A stretch of DNA of 32,000 nt from NCBI RefSeq assembly GCF_000023205.1, contig NC_012803.1, forward strand, positions 1,650,001-1,682,000. The letters run 5' to 3'. Below are positions 16,643 to 25,209 of the stretch, in pieces; the stretch's first letter is position 1; each line of letters opens with the position of its first letter. This DNA comes from Micrococcus luteus NCTC 2665. Lineage in GTDB: Bacteria; Actinomycetota; Actinomycetes; Actinomycetales; Micrococcaceae. The position numbers and the translations under genes were made by a program. The notes under the pieces are model-generated. The model had not been told where the DNA came from and made no database searches. It saw only the letters and a list, made by a program, of their open reading frames with translations.

Positions 16643-17776
16643 TCAGGCCGGGTCGTCGGGGCGCGGGGCGCCGTCGCCCCGGTCCACCCCGCGCACCGTG
16701 CCGGGCAGCAGGTCGGCGCCCTCGGCCACGAACTGCTCGGCCACGTGCACGCCGAGTGCCTCCGCGGCCACGAACAGGGTGTCCTCGAGCCACTCGTCGG
16801 CGGCCGCCGGGTCGCCGACCACGTCGGCCGGCACCGGGTCGAGCTGCACGGACGAGGTCCGGCGCAGCACGCGCGAGCCGTCGAGGGCGGCCACCATCGC
16901 GGTCATCTCGATGCGCGGCGCGCCGGCCTCGCCGTCGCCCACGCGGGCCACGGCCCCGATCGGCGCGGCGCAGCCGGCCTCGAGGCGGCGCAGCAGGGCC
17001 CGCTCGGCGGTGACCGCCACGTGGGTGTCCCGATCGTCGACCAGCTCGAGGGCGGCGTGCAGCCTCCCGACCGGCGCCTCGGGGTCCAGGAGCGCCCGAC
17101 CGAGGAAGGACTCGTCCTCGGCCCGGATCTCCATGGCCAGGGCGCCCTGCCCGGGGGCGGGCACCATGACCTCCGGGTCGATCCGCTCGGTGATCACGTG
17201 GTCCAGGCCGAGCCGGTCGAGCCCGGCACAGGCCAGGATCACGGCGTCGAGGTCACCGCGGGGCGAACCCACGGCGGCCGGGGCGTGGTCGTCGTGCTGC
17301 TCCAGCCCGGGCACGCGGGCCAGGCGGGTCTGCACGTTGCCGCGGATGTCCACCAGCTCCAGATCCGGGCGCAGCGCCTTGAGCTGGGCCACGCGGCGCG
17401 GAGAGCCCGTGCCCACCCGGGCGCCCTCGGGCAGGGTCGCCAGGGTGAGGCCGTCGCGGGCGCACAGGGCGTCCCGCAGGTCGGCCCGGGCCGGCACCGC
17501 GGCGATCTCGAGGGTCTCCGGCTGGGCGGCCGGCAGGTCCTTGAGCGAGTGCACGGCCGCGTCCACGACGCCGTCGAGCACGGCGGCCCGCAGCGCCGAG
17601 GCGAACACGCCGGTGCCGCCCAGCGAGGCCAGCGAGCCGGTGGTGACGTCGCCCTCGGTGCGGATCACCACCAGCTCGTGGGCCAGGCCGGATCGCGCCG
17701 TGAGCGCCTCGGCCACGTGGCTGGTCTGCGTGGTCGCCAGGGCGGAGCCCCGGGTGCCGATGCGCAGGGGGCTCAC
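16643..17776 (-). CDS. hemC: Hydroxymethylbilane synthase (porphobilinogen deaminase)
   Basis: 377 aa, MSPLRIGTRGSALATTQTSHV..., ...GTGSPRRVAQL..., with the cofactor-Cys region LEAGCAAPIGAVA. GTG start 4 nt after the hemH stop. Confidence 0.95.
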   Translation of the reverse strand: MSPLRIGTRGSALATTQTSHVAEALTARSGLAHELVVIRTEGDVTTGSLASLGGTGVFASALRAAVLDGVVDAAVHSLKDLPAAQPETLEIAAVPARADLRDALCARDGLTLATLPEGARVGTGSPRRVAQLKALRPDLELVDIRGNVQTRLARVPGLEQHDDHAPAAVGSPRGDLDAVILACAGLDRLGLDHVITERIDPEVMVPAPGQGALAMEIRAEDESFLGRALLDPEAPVGRLHAALELVDDRDTHVAVTAERALLRRLEAGCAAPIGAVARVGDGEAGAPRIEMTAMVAALDGSRVLRRTSSVQLDPVPADVVGDPAAADEWLEDTLFVAAEALGVHVAEQFVAEGADLLPGTVRGVDRGDGAPRPDDPA

Positions 17777-17780
17777 GGTC

Positions 17781-19130
17781 TCAGGCCTCCTCGGCCGGGG
17801 CCGCGGCGCCCGCCTCGTGCTCGGCCAGCCCGCGCACGGTGGCGTCGACCGCGGACGTCGTCGGCCGCGTCGAGCCGTCCCGCATCACCTTGGCGCAGCA
17901 GTCCGGCCGGCACACGTCGTACCAGGCCGGGAAGCAGCCGGCCGCGGCGCGGCCCTCGCGCCGGCCCAGCCGCTCCTCCACGATGTCCACGAGCCCGGCC
18001 ACGAACCGCGGGTCGGTGCCCGGGGTGGGGCTGCGACGGAACCCCACACCCAGCCCCTCGGCGGTCTGCTTGGCCTCGGTGTCGAGGTCCCAGACCACCT
18101 CCATGTGGTCCGAGACGAAGCCCAGCGGCACGACGACGAAGCCCGCCACGGCACGCCCCTGCGCGTCCGTCTCGGCACCCTCGCCCGCGAGGTGCTCCAT
18201 CGCGTCGTTGATGTCCGGCTCGAGCCACGGCACCGAGGGCGGGCCGGAGCGCGACTGGTACACGAGCGACCACGGCACGTCCGCGGCCTCGGGCACGCCG
18301 GCGAGGATCTCGCGGGCCACGTCGAGGTGCTGCGCCGAGTACACGTCCGCACCCTCGTCGCCCGGCTCCGCCCCCGCCTGCGCGCGCAGGTCTGCGGCGA
18401 GGCCGCGCGGGCCGGCGGCGGCGGCGTCGGAGGTCGGGATCGAGTGGGTCGCGAAGAGCACGTGGATCCGCGCGTCGTCCCCCAGCTCCGCGCGCAGCGA
18501 GGCCAGGTCCGCGCGCAGGCCGTCCCGGAACGGCTCGATGAAGCCGGGGTGGTTGAAGTACTGGCGCGTCTTGTCCAGGTCCACCTTCCCGGTCAGGCCG
18601 GTCTGCTCCATGGCCATGCCCATGTCCTCCCGGTACTGGCGGCACGAGGAGTAGCAGGAGTACGCGGAGGTGGTGACCGTCAGGATGCGGCGGTGCCCGT
18701 CGGCGTGCATCCGCTTGAGGGTGTCCGGGAAGTAGGGCTCCCAGTTGCGGTTGCCCCAGTACACGGGCAGGTCCAGGCCGCGGGCGGCCAGCTCGGCCTC
18801 GATGGCCGCCTTCAGCGCGCGGTTCTGCGCGTTGATGGGGCTGACGCCGCCGTTGGCGCGGTAGTGGGTGGCGACCTCCTCGAGGCGCTCGTCCGGGATG
18901 CCGCGCCCGCGCGTGACGTTGCGCAGGAACGGGATCACGTCGTCCTGGCCCTCGGGCCCGCCGAAGGAGGCGAGCAGCAGGGCGTCGTAGTCCTTGGGGG
19001 CCATCACGCCGCACACGTCGTAGTCGACGCCGGCGGCGGCCTTCTCGGGCGCCCGGAGGGCCGGGGCGACGCCGGCGTCCGGGCCCGTGTGGACGGGCGC
19101 GTCGGCGCGGGGCTCGGGGGCGGCGGTCAT
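17781..19130 (-). CDS. hemH: Coproporphyrin ferrochelatase (CpfC/HemH), long actinobacterial form with a C-terminal Cys cluster
   Basis: ...LLLASFGGPEGQDDVIPFLRNVTRGRGIPDERLEEVATHY..., with C-terminal GCFPAWYDVCRPDCC. ATG 19130..19128 shares one nt with the hemQ stop (TGATG). Confidence 0.9.
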   Translation of the reverse strand: MTAAPEPRADAPVHTGPDAGVAPALRAPEKAAAGVDYDVCGVMAPKDYDALLLASFGGPEGQDDVIPFLRNVTRGRGIPDERLEEVATHYRANGGVSPINAQNRALKAAIEAELAARGLDLPVYWGNRNWEPYFPDTLKRMHADGHRRILTVTTSAYSCYSSCRQYREDMGMAMEQTGLTGKVDLDKTRQYFNHPGFIEPFRDGLRADLASLRAELGDDARIHVLFATHSIPTSDAAAAGPRGLAADLRAQAGAEPGDEGADVYSAQHLDVAREILAGVPEAADVPWSLVYQSRSGPPSVPWLEPDINDAMEHLAGEGAETDAQGRAVAGFVVVPLGFVSDHMEVVWDLDTEAKQTAEGLGVGFRRSPTPGTDPRFVAGLVDIVEERLGRREGRAAAGCFPAWYDVCRPDCCAKVMRDGSTRPTTSAVDATVRGLAEHEAGAAAPAEEA

Positions 19131-19846
19131 CAGGCCAGCACCTCCGCGATCTCGGCGGTCTCCAGACGGCGTCCAGTGTAGAACGGCACCTCGCTGCGCA
19201 CGTGCAGGCGGGTCTCGTTGTTGCGCAGGTGGCGCATCATGTCCACCAGGTCCGTCAGCTCGTCCGCCTCAAGGCCCAGCAGCCACTCCCAGTCGTTCAG
19301 GCCGAACGCGCTGGTGGTGTTCGCCCACACCTGCGGGAAGTCCTGGCCGAGCTGGCCGTGCTCGCGGAGCATGCGGGCCCGCTCCTTCGGGTCCAGCAGG
19401 TACCAGTCGTACGAGCGCACGAACGGGTAGAAGCACAGCCACTTCAGGGCCTTGCGGCCCATGGCGAAGGCGGGGACGTGGTCCTTGTTGAACTCGGCCA
19501 TGCGATCGGCGCCCATGGCCGAGAGCACCATCGTGGTGCCCTCGAGCAGACGGGTGCGGCGCAGCTCGCGGATGGCGGCCTGCAGGTCCTCGGGCACCTG
19601 GCCGTACATCCACACCATGACGTCGCCGGCCTCGCGCATGCCCGAGACGTCGTAGACGCCGCGCACGGTCACGCCGGTCTCGGCCACCCGCGCGACGGCC
19701 TCGTCGAACTCCTTGGCGGCCTTCTTCGCGTCGCGGCCCTCCAGTCCCAGCCAGCCGGGCTCGCCCTGCGGGCGGGCGAACACGGTGTAGGTGGTGAACC
19801 AGTCCTTGCCGGCCTCGGCAGGGGTGGTGGTGCTGTCCTTGGTCAT
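19130..19846 (-). CDS. hemQ: Hydrogen-peroxide-dependent haem synthase / coprohaem decarboxylase (ChdC/HemQ, chlorite-dismutase family)
   Basis: 238 aa, chlorite-dismutase-like fold signature (...WFTTYTVFARPQ..., ...SYDWYLLDPKERARMLREHG...). A strong AAGGAAGAGGA SD lies upstream of ATG 19846. Confidence 0.92.
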   Translation of the reverse strand: MTKDSTTTPAEAGKDWFTTYTVFARPQGEPGWLGLEGRDAKKAAKEFDEAVARVAETGVTVRGVYDVSGMREAGDVMVWMYGQVPEDLQAAIRELRRTRLLEGTTMVLSAMGADRMAEFNKDHVPAFAMGRKALKWLCFYPFVRSYDWYLLDPKERARMLREHGQLGQDFPQVWANTTSAFGLNDWEWLLGLEADELTDLVDMMRHLRNNETRLHVRSEVPFYTGRRLETAEIAEVLA

Positions 19847-19896
19847 GGTCCTCTTCCTTGAGATCCGATTGTGTCAGGGGTGGTCTGGGGGCGAGG

Positions 19897-21405
19897 TCAG
19901 CCGGCGGGCGGCGCGTCGGCGCCGAGGGTGCGGTCCACGCCGGCGACGACGGCGGCCAGCCCGGTGCCGTGCACCCAGCTGCCCACGAGGTCGAGGCCGG
20001 GCACGTCCCGTGCCCAGTCGATCAGCGTGTCCGCCTTCGCGCGGTCGGGGCCGGCCTGCGGCGGGATGGAGCGGCGCCAGCGGGTGACGGTGCGGGCGAC
20101 GACGTCCTCCTCCGCCAGTGGCACCCCGGTGAGGGTCGCCGTGTCCACGAGCGCCTGCGCCAGCAACTCCTCGTCCGCGCTGCGGTGGCCCAGGGCCTCG
20201 GGCCCGCCGCCCTGGCGGCCGTAGGACAGGCGCAGCACGTGGCGGTGGGGGTGGCGGGCGACGCCGTCCTCCTGCGGCCGCGCGACGACCTCGCGCAGCC
20301 ACGCCCACTTGGCGGTGGCGTGGGTCAGGGCCTTGGCGGCCACGTCCGTCCCGGCGCCGACCAGCACTCCGGTGCCGCGTGGCGCGTCGTCCAGGCCCGC
20401 GGCCTCGACGACGAGCGTGGCCAGCGCGATCCCCTCGCCGAGGGCGGGGCCGGCGTCGGGGTCCAGGGCGTCGGCCGAGAGCGGGGCCAGCAGGTCCCAG
20501 GCGGTGACGCCGTCCACGGCCAGCACGACGCGGTCCACGTCGAGCCCGCGGACGACCTCGTCGTCCCGGTCCGAGATCTGGGCCCACCAGCCGCCGGTGG
20601 CGGGCACGCGGGACAGGGCGGCCACCCGCACGCCGCGCAGGACGGTGGCCCCGTCCTCGCGCAGCGCGTCGACGAGCCGGCCGGTGAGGCGGACCATGCC
20701 GCCGTCCAGCCCGGCCACGAGCGAGCCGGGGGTCCCGGTGGACCGCAGCGCGGCGACGCCCGCGGCCAGCCCGCCGTGCTCCACGGCGGCGGCGAGCAGG
20801 CCGGGGGCCACGCGCTCCAGCTCGACGACCGCGGGGTCGGCCGAGTGGACTCCGGCGACGACGGGGGCCACGAGGCGGTCGAGCACCTCGTCGCCGAGGC
20901 GGTCGGCCACGACCTGCGCGACGGTCACCGGTTCGCCGGCCGCGAGCGCGGCGGCCCAGCGATCCATGGGGGCCTCGGCATCCTGCCGGGCGCGCTCCAG
21001 GCCGGCCGGCGTGAGGGCGGCGGCGAGGTCCTCGGCGTCGAGGTCGCCGGGGATGCCGGCGATGCCGAGGCGCGGCGCACGCACGGGGCCGGCGGGACCG
21101 TGCAGCCACGAGCCGAGGGGCTCGGGCGCGACTATCTTCTCGGCCAGCCCGAGCTCCTCCAGGAGCGCGCGCACGGCGGCGCCGCGGACGGCGAACGACT
21201 CGGCGCCGCCGTCGAGTTCGAGGGTCTGGGTCTCGGGGGCTCCGGTCTCGCCGTGCGAGGGGACGTCGAGGAAGCGCGGGGAGACCGCGCCCCCGAGCAC
21301 GGAGGTGGCCTCGGCGAGGGTCACGTCCCAGCCCGCCGTGGACAGCCGGTGGGCCGCGACGAGGCCGGCGATGCCGCCGCCGACCACGAGCGCCGTGCCG
21401 CTCAT
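19897..21405 (-). CDS. hemY: Coproporphyrinogen III oxidase / protoporphyrinogen oxidase, FAD-dependent (CgoX/HemY type)
   Basis: Start MSGTALVVGGGIAGLVAAHRLSTAGWDVTLAEA (FAD dinucleotide fold) at ATG 21405..21403, overlapping the hemE stop (ATGA). The 573-aa ORF in the track over-extends into hemE. Confidence 0.9.
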   Translation of the reverse strand: MSGTALVVGGGIAGLVAAHRLSTAGWDVTLAEATSVLGGAVSPRFLDVPSHGETGAPETQTLELDGGAESFAVRGAAVRALLEELGLAEKIVAPEPLGSWLHGPAGPVRAPRLGIAGIPGDLDAEDLAAALTPAGLERARQDAEAPMDRWAAALAAGEPVTVAQVVADRLGDEVLDRLVAPVVAGVHSADPAVVELERVAPGLLAAAVEHGGLAAGVAALRSTGTPGSLVAGLDGGMVRLTGRLVDALREDGATVLRGVRVAALSRVPATGGWWAQISDRDDEVVRGLDVDRVVLAVDGVTAWDLLAPLSADALDPDAGPALGEGIALATLVVEAAGLDDAPRGTGVLVGAGTDVAAKALTHATAKWAWLREVVARPQEDGVARHPHRHVLRLSYGRQGGGPEALGHRSADEELLAQALVDTATLTGVPLAEEDVVARTVTRWRRSIPPQAGPDRAKADTLIDWARDVPGLDLVGSWVHGTGLAAVVAGVDRTLGADAPPAG

Positions 21406-22625
21406 GCGCGCACCTCCCGCTCGGTGGCGTCGACCCCCGGTGCCGGGTCCTGGCCCTCCCGCTCCGGCACGGGCAGGGAGTGGATCAGCTCGACCACGCG
21501 GGTCAGCACGGCCGCGTCCGTCTCCGGCGGCACGCCGTGGGCGAGGTTGACGACGTGGCCGGGCGCGACGGCGCCGGAGGCGACGACGTCGCGCACGTGG
21601 GCCTCGAGGACCTCCCACGGGGCGGCGAGCAGGGCCGGGTCGATGTTGCCCTGCAGGGGCACGGCGCCGCGTCCGTCGGGGCCGGGGTTCGCGCTGAGCC
21701 GGCGGTGCGCCTCGGCGAGCGTGAGGCGGTGGTCCACGCCGACGGCGGTCGCGCCCGCGTCACGCATGTGGTGCAGGAACTCTCCGGTGCCCGTGCCGAA
21801 GTGCAGGAGCGGGGCGCCGTCGGGGACGCCGGGCCCGGCGAGGTCGGCCACATGGGCGAGGGCCGCCGTCGAGTGCGGCTGCACGTGCTCGAGGTAGTCG
21901 TCCGCCGAGAGCGAACCGGCCCACGAGTCGAACAGCTGCGCGGCCGAGGCGCCGGACTCGAGCTGGGCGCGCAGGAACTGTCCGGACACGGTGGCCGCCC
22001 AGCCCGCCAGGGCGGCCCAGGTCTCGGGGTCGGCGTGCATCATGCGTCGCGGGCCGAAGTGGTCGCGGGAGGGACGGCCCTCCACCATGTACGCCGCCAG
22101 CGTGAAGGGGGCGCCGGCGAAGCCGATCAGGGGGCGCGGGCCCAGCTCGGCGACGGTGGCCGCGACGGCCTCGCGGATGACGTCCAGGGCGGCGTCCTCG
22201 AGGACGGGCAGCGCGGCGACGTCGTCGGGGGTGCGGACGGCCTGGCCGAGCACGGGGCCCACGCCGGGCTGGATCTCCACGTCCACGCCCGCCAGGCGCA
22301 GGGGGACCACGATGTCCGAGAAGAAGATCGCCGCGTCGACGTCATGGCGGCGCACCGGCTGCATCGTGATCTCCCGGACCAGGTCCGGCATGAGGCAGGA
22401 GTCGAGCATCCCGATCCCCTCGCGCACCCGGCGGTACTCGGGCAGCGACCGGCCGGCCTGCCGCATGAACCACACGGGGTGGCGGTCGGGGCGCTGGCCG
22501 CGCAGCGCCCGGAGGAGCGGGCTGGCCACGGTCGAGCGTGACGGATCCTCGGTGCGCAGCGGGTGCTCGGCGGGCAGCGCCGGGACGGCCGCGGGGGTCT
22601 CGGGGGTGTGGGACAGGGCGGACAT
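21402..22625 (-). CDS. hemE: Uroporphyrinogen decarboxylase
   Basis: ...RPDRHPVWFMRQAGRSLPEYR... signature. ATG 22625 (MSALSHT) is preferred. The ORF also opens at GTG 22688, but that would run into the intergenic inverted repeat. Confidence 0.92.
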   Translation of the reverse strand: MSALSHTPETPAAVPALPAEHPLRTEDPSRSTVASPLLRALRGQRPDRHPVWFMRQAGRSLPEYRRVREGIGMLDSCLMPDLVREITMQPVRRHDVDAAIFFSDIVVPLRLAGVDVEIQPGVGPVLGQAVRTPDDVAALPVLEDAALDVIREAVAATVAELGPRPLIGFAGAPFTLAAYMVEGRPSRDHFGPRRMMHADPETWAALAGWAATVSGQFLRAQLESGASAAQLFDSWAGSLSADDYLEHVQPHSTAALAHVADLAGPGVPDGAPLLHFGTGTGEFLHHMRDAGATAVGVDHRLTLAEAHRRLSANPGPDGRGAVPLQGNIDPALLAAPWEVLEAHVRDVVASGAVAPGHVVNLAHGVPPETDAAVLTRVVELIHSLPVPEREGQDPAPGVDATEREVRA

Positions 22626-22676
22626 GCCCCCAGTGTCCCACCGGTCGCCTCGCGGTGGCACATCCGCGTCCTCCGT

Positions 22677-22705
22677 GAGCGCCGTCACACTGGCCGACGG
22701 CGCTC
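22677..22705. promoter_or_regulatory. Perfect 10-bp inverted repeat (9-nt spacer) centred in the hemE/hemA divergent intergenic region; candidate operator
   Basis: GAGCGCCGTC (22677-22686), spacer ACACTGGCC, then GACGGCGCTC (22696-22705). Its centre at 22691 is within 3 nt of the midpoint between the hemE ATG (22625) and the hemA GTG (22762). Confidence 0.45.
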
Positions 22706-22746
22706 GGGTCAGGTCCGCCTTCCCGGACGGGCGGGGCGGTCGGGGC

Positions 22747-22752
22747 TAGACT
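22747..22752 (+). promoter_or_regulatory. Candidate -10 hexamer TAGACT for hemA (leaderless or near-leaderless)
   Basis: A TANNNT hexamer ends 9 nt before GTG 22762, with no SD. Confidence 0.35.
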
Positions 22753-22761
22753 TGGCCCGCT

Positions 22762-24114
22762 GTGACTGTCTTCTCTCTCGTCGCCTCCCACCATGATCTG
22801 GACCTGGACACGGTCGCCCGCCTCAGCGCCGGCGCGACCGGGGTCGGGCCCGCCCTGCCCGGCAGCGGTGCGGCGGGCGCCGTCGTGCTGGCCACGTGCA
22901 ACCGCGTGGAGATCTACGCCGAGGCCGACGGGGCCGGCGTCGAGGCCGCTCGCGCGGGGTTGCTGTCCGCCGTCGCCGCCTCCACCTCCCTGCCCGACGA
23001 GGACGTGCACGCCGCGTTCCGCACACTCGACGCCGACGCCACGGCCCGTCACCTCTTCGAGGTCGGCGTCGGACTGGACTCCGCCGTGGTGGGCGAACGC
23101 GAGATCGCCGGTCAGGTCCGGCGCGCCCTGACGGCGGCCCAGGAGGCCGGCACCGCCTCGGGTCCGCTCGTCCGCCTCTTCGAGTCCGCCACGCGCACGG
23201 CCAAGGACGTCGGCTCCCACACGGCGCTCGGCGCGGCCGGCCGCTCGGTCGTCTCCGTCGCCCTGGACCTCGCGGAGGAGCTGCGCGGTCTCACCGACGC
23301 CGCGGCCCAGCGCGACTTCTGGGCCGGGGCCACCATCCTGCTGATCGGCACGGGCGCCTACGCCGGCACCACGCTCGCGCAGCTGGCGGACCGGGGCGCG
23401 ACCACCGTCGGCGTGCACTCGGCCTCAGGCCGCGCGGAGCAGTTCGTCGCGGACCGCGGCGGCTGGGCCCTCGCGCTCGGCGGCGAGGCCGTGGCCGGCG
23501 CCGTCGCCGAGGCGGACGTGATCATCGGCTCCTCCGGGGGCGAACGCCAGATCAGCCCCGAGCGCCTGCAGGAGCTGCGCGAGGGCGGACGGCGCCCGCT
23601 CACGGTGGTCGACCTGGCCCTCTCGCGCGACTTCGACCCCGCCGTCGCGGACCTGCCGGACGTCGACCTCATCACCCTCGAGTCGGTGCGGCTGGCCGCC
23701 CCCGAGCAGGCCCAGGTCGCCGTCGCCGAGGCCCGCGCGCTCGTGGACGACGCCGTCGAGGAGTACCGCGCCGCGCAGCGCGGCCGCAGTGCCGACGCGG
23801 CGATCAAGGCCCTGCGCCGCCACACCCTCGGCGTGCTCGACCGGGAGCTCGAGCGCGTGCGCGCCCGCCACGGCTGCACGGCGGCCGCCGAGGAGGTGGA
23901 GTTCGCCCTGCGCCGCATGGTGAACCAGCTCCTGCACGAACCCAGCGTGCGCGCCAAGCGACTCGCCGCCGAGGGCCGGCTCGACCGCTACGAGGACGCC
24001 CTCGAGGCGGTCTTCGGGATCGAGGCCCCCGGCCGCCCCGCCTCCGAGGTGGGCACGGTCGAGGCGGCCTGCCCCGCGCACGAGGACGAGGGCGGCGCCG
24101 CGCGCATCGCGTGA
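22762..24114 (+). CDS. hemA: Glutamyl-tRNA reductase
   Basis: 450 aa, VLATCNRVEIYAE catalytic-Cys motif, NADPH-binding LLIGTGAYAG. GTG start. Confidence 0.95.
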   Translation: MTVFSLVASHHDLDLDTVARLSAGATGVGPALPGSGAAGAVVLATCNRVEIYAEADGAGVEAARAGLLSAVAASTSLPDEDVHAAFRTLDADATARHLFEVGVGLDSAVVGEREIAGQVRRALTAAQEAGTASGPLVRLFESATRTAKDVGSHTALGAAGRSVVSVALDLAEELRGLTDAAAQRDFWAGATILLIGTGAYAGTTLAQLADRGATTVGVHSASGRAEQFVADRGGWALALGGEAVAGAVAEADVIIGSSGGERQISPERLQELREGGRRPLTVVDLALSRDFDPAVADLPDVDLITLESVRLAAPEQAQVAVAEARALVDDAVEEYRAAQRGRSADAAIKALRRHTLGVLDRELERVRARHGCTAAAEEVEFALRRMVNQLLHEPSVRAKRLAAEGRLDRYEDALEAVFGIEAPGRPASEVGTVEAACPAHEDEGGAARIA

Positions 24115-24139
24115 GCCCGCGCCGCGCCAGGAGGACCCC

Positions 24140-24796
24140 GTGACCGCCCACCCCGCCGCCACCGCGCCCGACGAGCCCGGGCGAGGCCGTCGTCTGCCCC
24201 GGCACGAGCGTCGCCGCCAGCTGCTGGACTGCGCCCGCGCGGTCTTCGCCGCCGAGCGGTACGCGGGGGCCTCCATGGAGCAGATCGCCGAGCGGGCCGA
24301 GGTCTCCAAGCCGGTCCTCTACCAGCACTTCCCCAGCAAGCACGAGCTCTTCCTCGAGCTGCTGGACGCCGAGGTCGCGAGCCTGCGCACGCTCCTCGAG
24401 GCGGCGATGGACACCCGCCGGGACAACCGCGAACGGGTGCGGGCCACCGTCGCCGCCGTGTTCGAGTACATGGCCTCCCCCGAGCGGACCCACCGCCTCA
24501 TCTTCGACTCCGGCATCGACGGGGACCCGGAGGTGCGCACGCGCAGCGAGGCCGTCCACCGGCTGCTCTCCTCCGAGGTCGCGCGCACCATCCGCGCGGA
24601 CACCACCGTGGCCGAGGCCGAGGCCGAGGTGCTCTCCCGCGGACTCGTCGGCTACCTCCTGGGCGCCGCCCGCCACTGGGCGGACCGGCTCGACGCGGAC
24701 GCGCGCCCCGCCGCGGCCGAGATGGCCCGCACGGTGGACGCGCTCATCTGGCGCGGCCTCGCCTCGCTGCCCTCCGCGGATGACGCCCAGCGCTGA
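24140..24796 (+). CDS. TetR/AcrR-family transcriptional regulator
   Basis: The N-terminal HTH reads RRQLLDCARAVFAAERYAGASMEQIAERAEVSKPVLYQHFPSKHELF. An AGGAGGA SD lies 4 nt before the GTG. The gene starts only 25 nt after the hemA stop. Confidence 0.9.
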   Translation: MTAHPAATAPDEPGRGRRLPRHERRRQLLDCARAVFAAERYAGASMEQIAERAEVSKPVLYQHFPSKHELFLELLDAEVASLRTLLEAAMDTRRDNRERVRATVAAVFEYMASPERTHRLIFDSGIDGDPEVRTRSEAVHRLLSSEVARTIRADTTVAEAEAEVLSRGLVGYLLGAARHWADRLDADARPAAAEMARTVDALIWRGLASLPSADDAQR

Positions 24797-24858
24797 CCCG
24801 GCCGTCCGGCCCGTTTCGCCCGCGGGTGAACCTCGGGGGCGCCCGTCCACCCCGCCGA

Positions 24859-24886
24859 GCGGTCCCGTAGGCTGACGGGGGACCGC
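24859..24886 (+). other. Stem-loop upstream of the DUF3107 gene (TetR-gene terminator or 5'-UTR element); the loop carries a TAGGCT -10-like hexamer
   Basis: GCGGTCCCGT pairs with ACGGGGACCGC (10 bp with a one-G bulge) around the loop AGGCTG. TAGGCT is at 24868-24873. A purine-rich SD (GAAGAGAAGAGG) follows before ATG 24917. Confidence 0.35.
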
Positions 24887-24916
24887 ACAGGACGCGACGA
24901 AGAGAAGAGGTTCCCC

Positions 24917-25141
24917 ATGGAGATCCGCATCGGTGTGCAGCACGTCGGCCGCGAGGTCGTCATCGACAGCGAGCAGTCGGCGGACGAGGTCCGCTCCCTC
25001 GTGGACGCCGCCGTCTCCGGCGGCACCCCGCTGGTCCTGGCGGACGCCAAGGGCCGCCAGGTGGTCGTCCCCGGCGACCGCATCGGCTTCGTGGAGATCG
25101 GCGCGAAGAAGTCGGGCCCGCTCGGGTTCGCCGCCTCCTGA
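24917..25141 (+). CDS. DUF3107-family small conserved actinobacterial protein (74 aa)
   Basis: MEIRIGVQHVGREVVIDSEQSADEVRSLVDAAV...GRQVVVPGDRIGFVEIG. This matches my recollection of the DUF3107 / TB9.4-like family found next to a TetR gene and near rhlE in mycobacteria. Confidence 0.8.
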   Translation: MEIRIGVQHVGREVVIDSEQSADEVRSLVDAAVSGGTPLVLADAKGRQVVVPGDRIGFVEIGAKKSGPLGFAAS

Positions 25142-25147
25142 CCCGCC

Positions 25148-25178
25148 CGCACGCCCCGGTGATCCGCCGGGGCGTGCG
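25148..25178 (+). terminator. Perfect 12-bp GC-rich hairpin immediately after the DUF3107 stop
   Basis: CGCACGCCCCGG (25148-25159), 7-nt loop, CCGGGGCGTGCG (25167-25178). No U-tract. Its position argues that the RNB gene starts at ATG 25210 rather than GTG 25159. Confidence 0.55.
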
Positions 25179-25209
25179 TCGTCTCGGCCCCCTGCCCAGG
25201 AGCATCGCC

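Noticed and set aside
22626-22688. Longer hemE starting at GTG 22688
   Set aside because: It would add 21 residues not typical of HemE and would place the start codon inside the intergenic inverted repeat, leaving only 73 nt for two divergent promoters. ATG 22625 is preferred.
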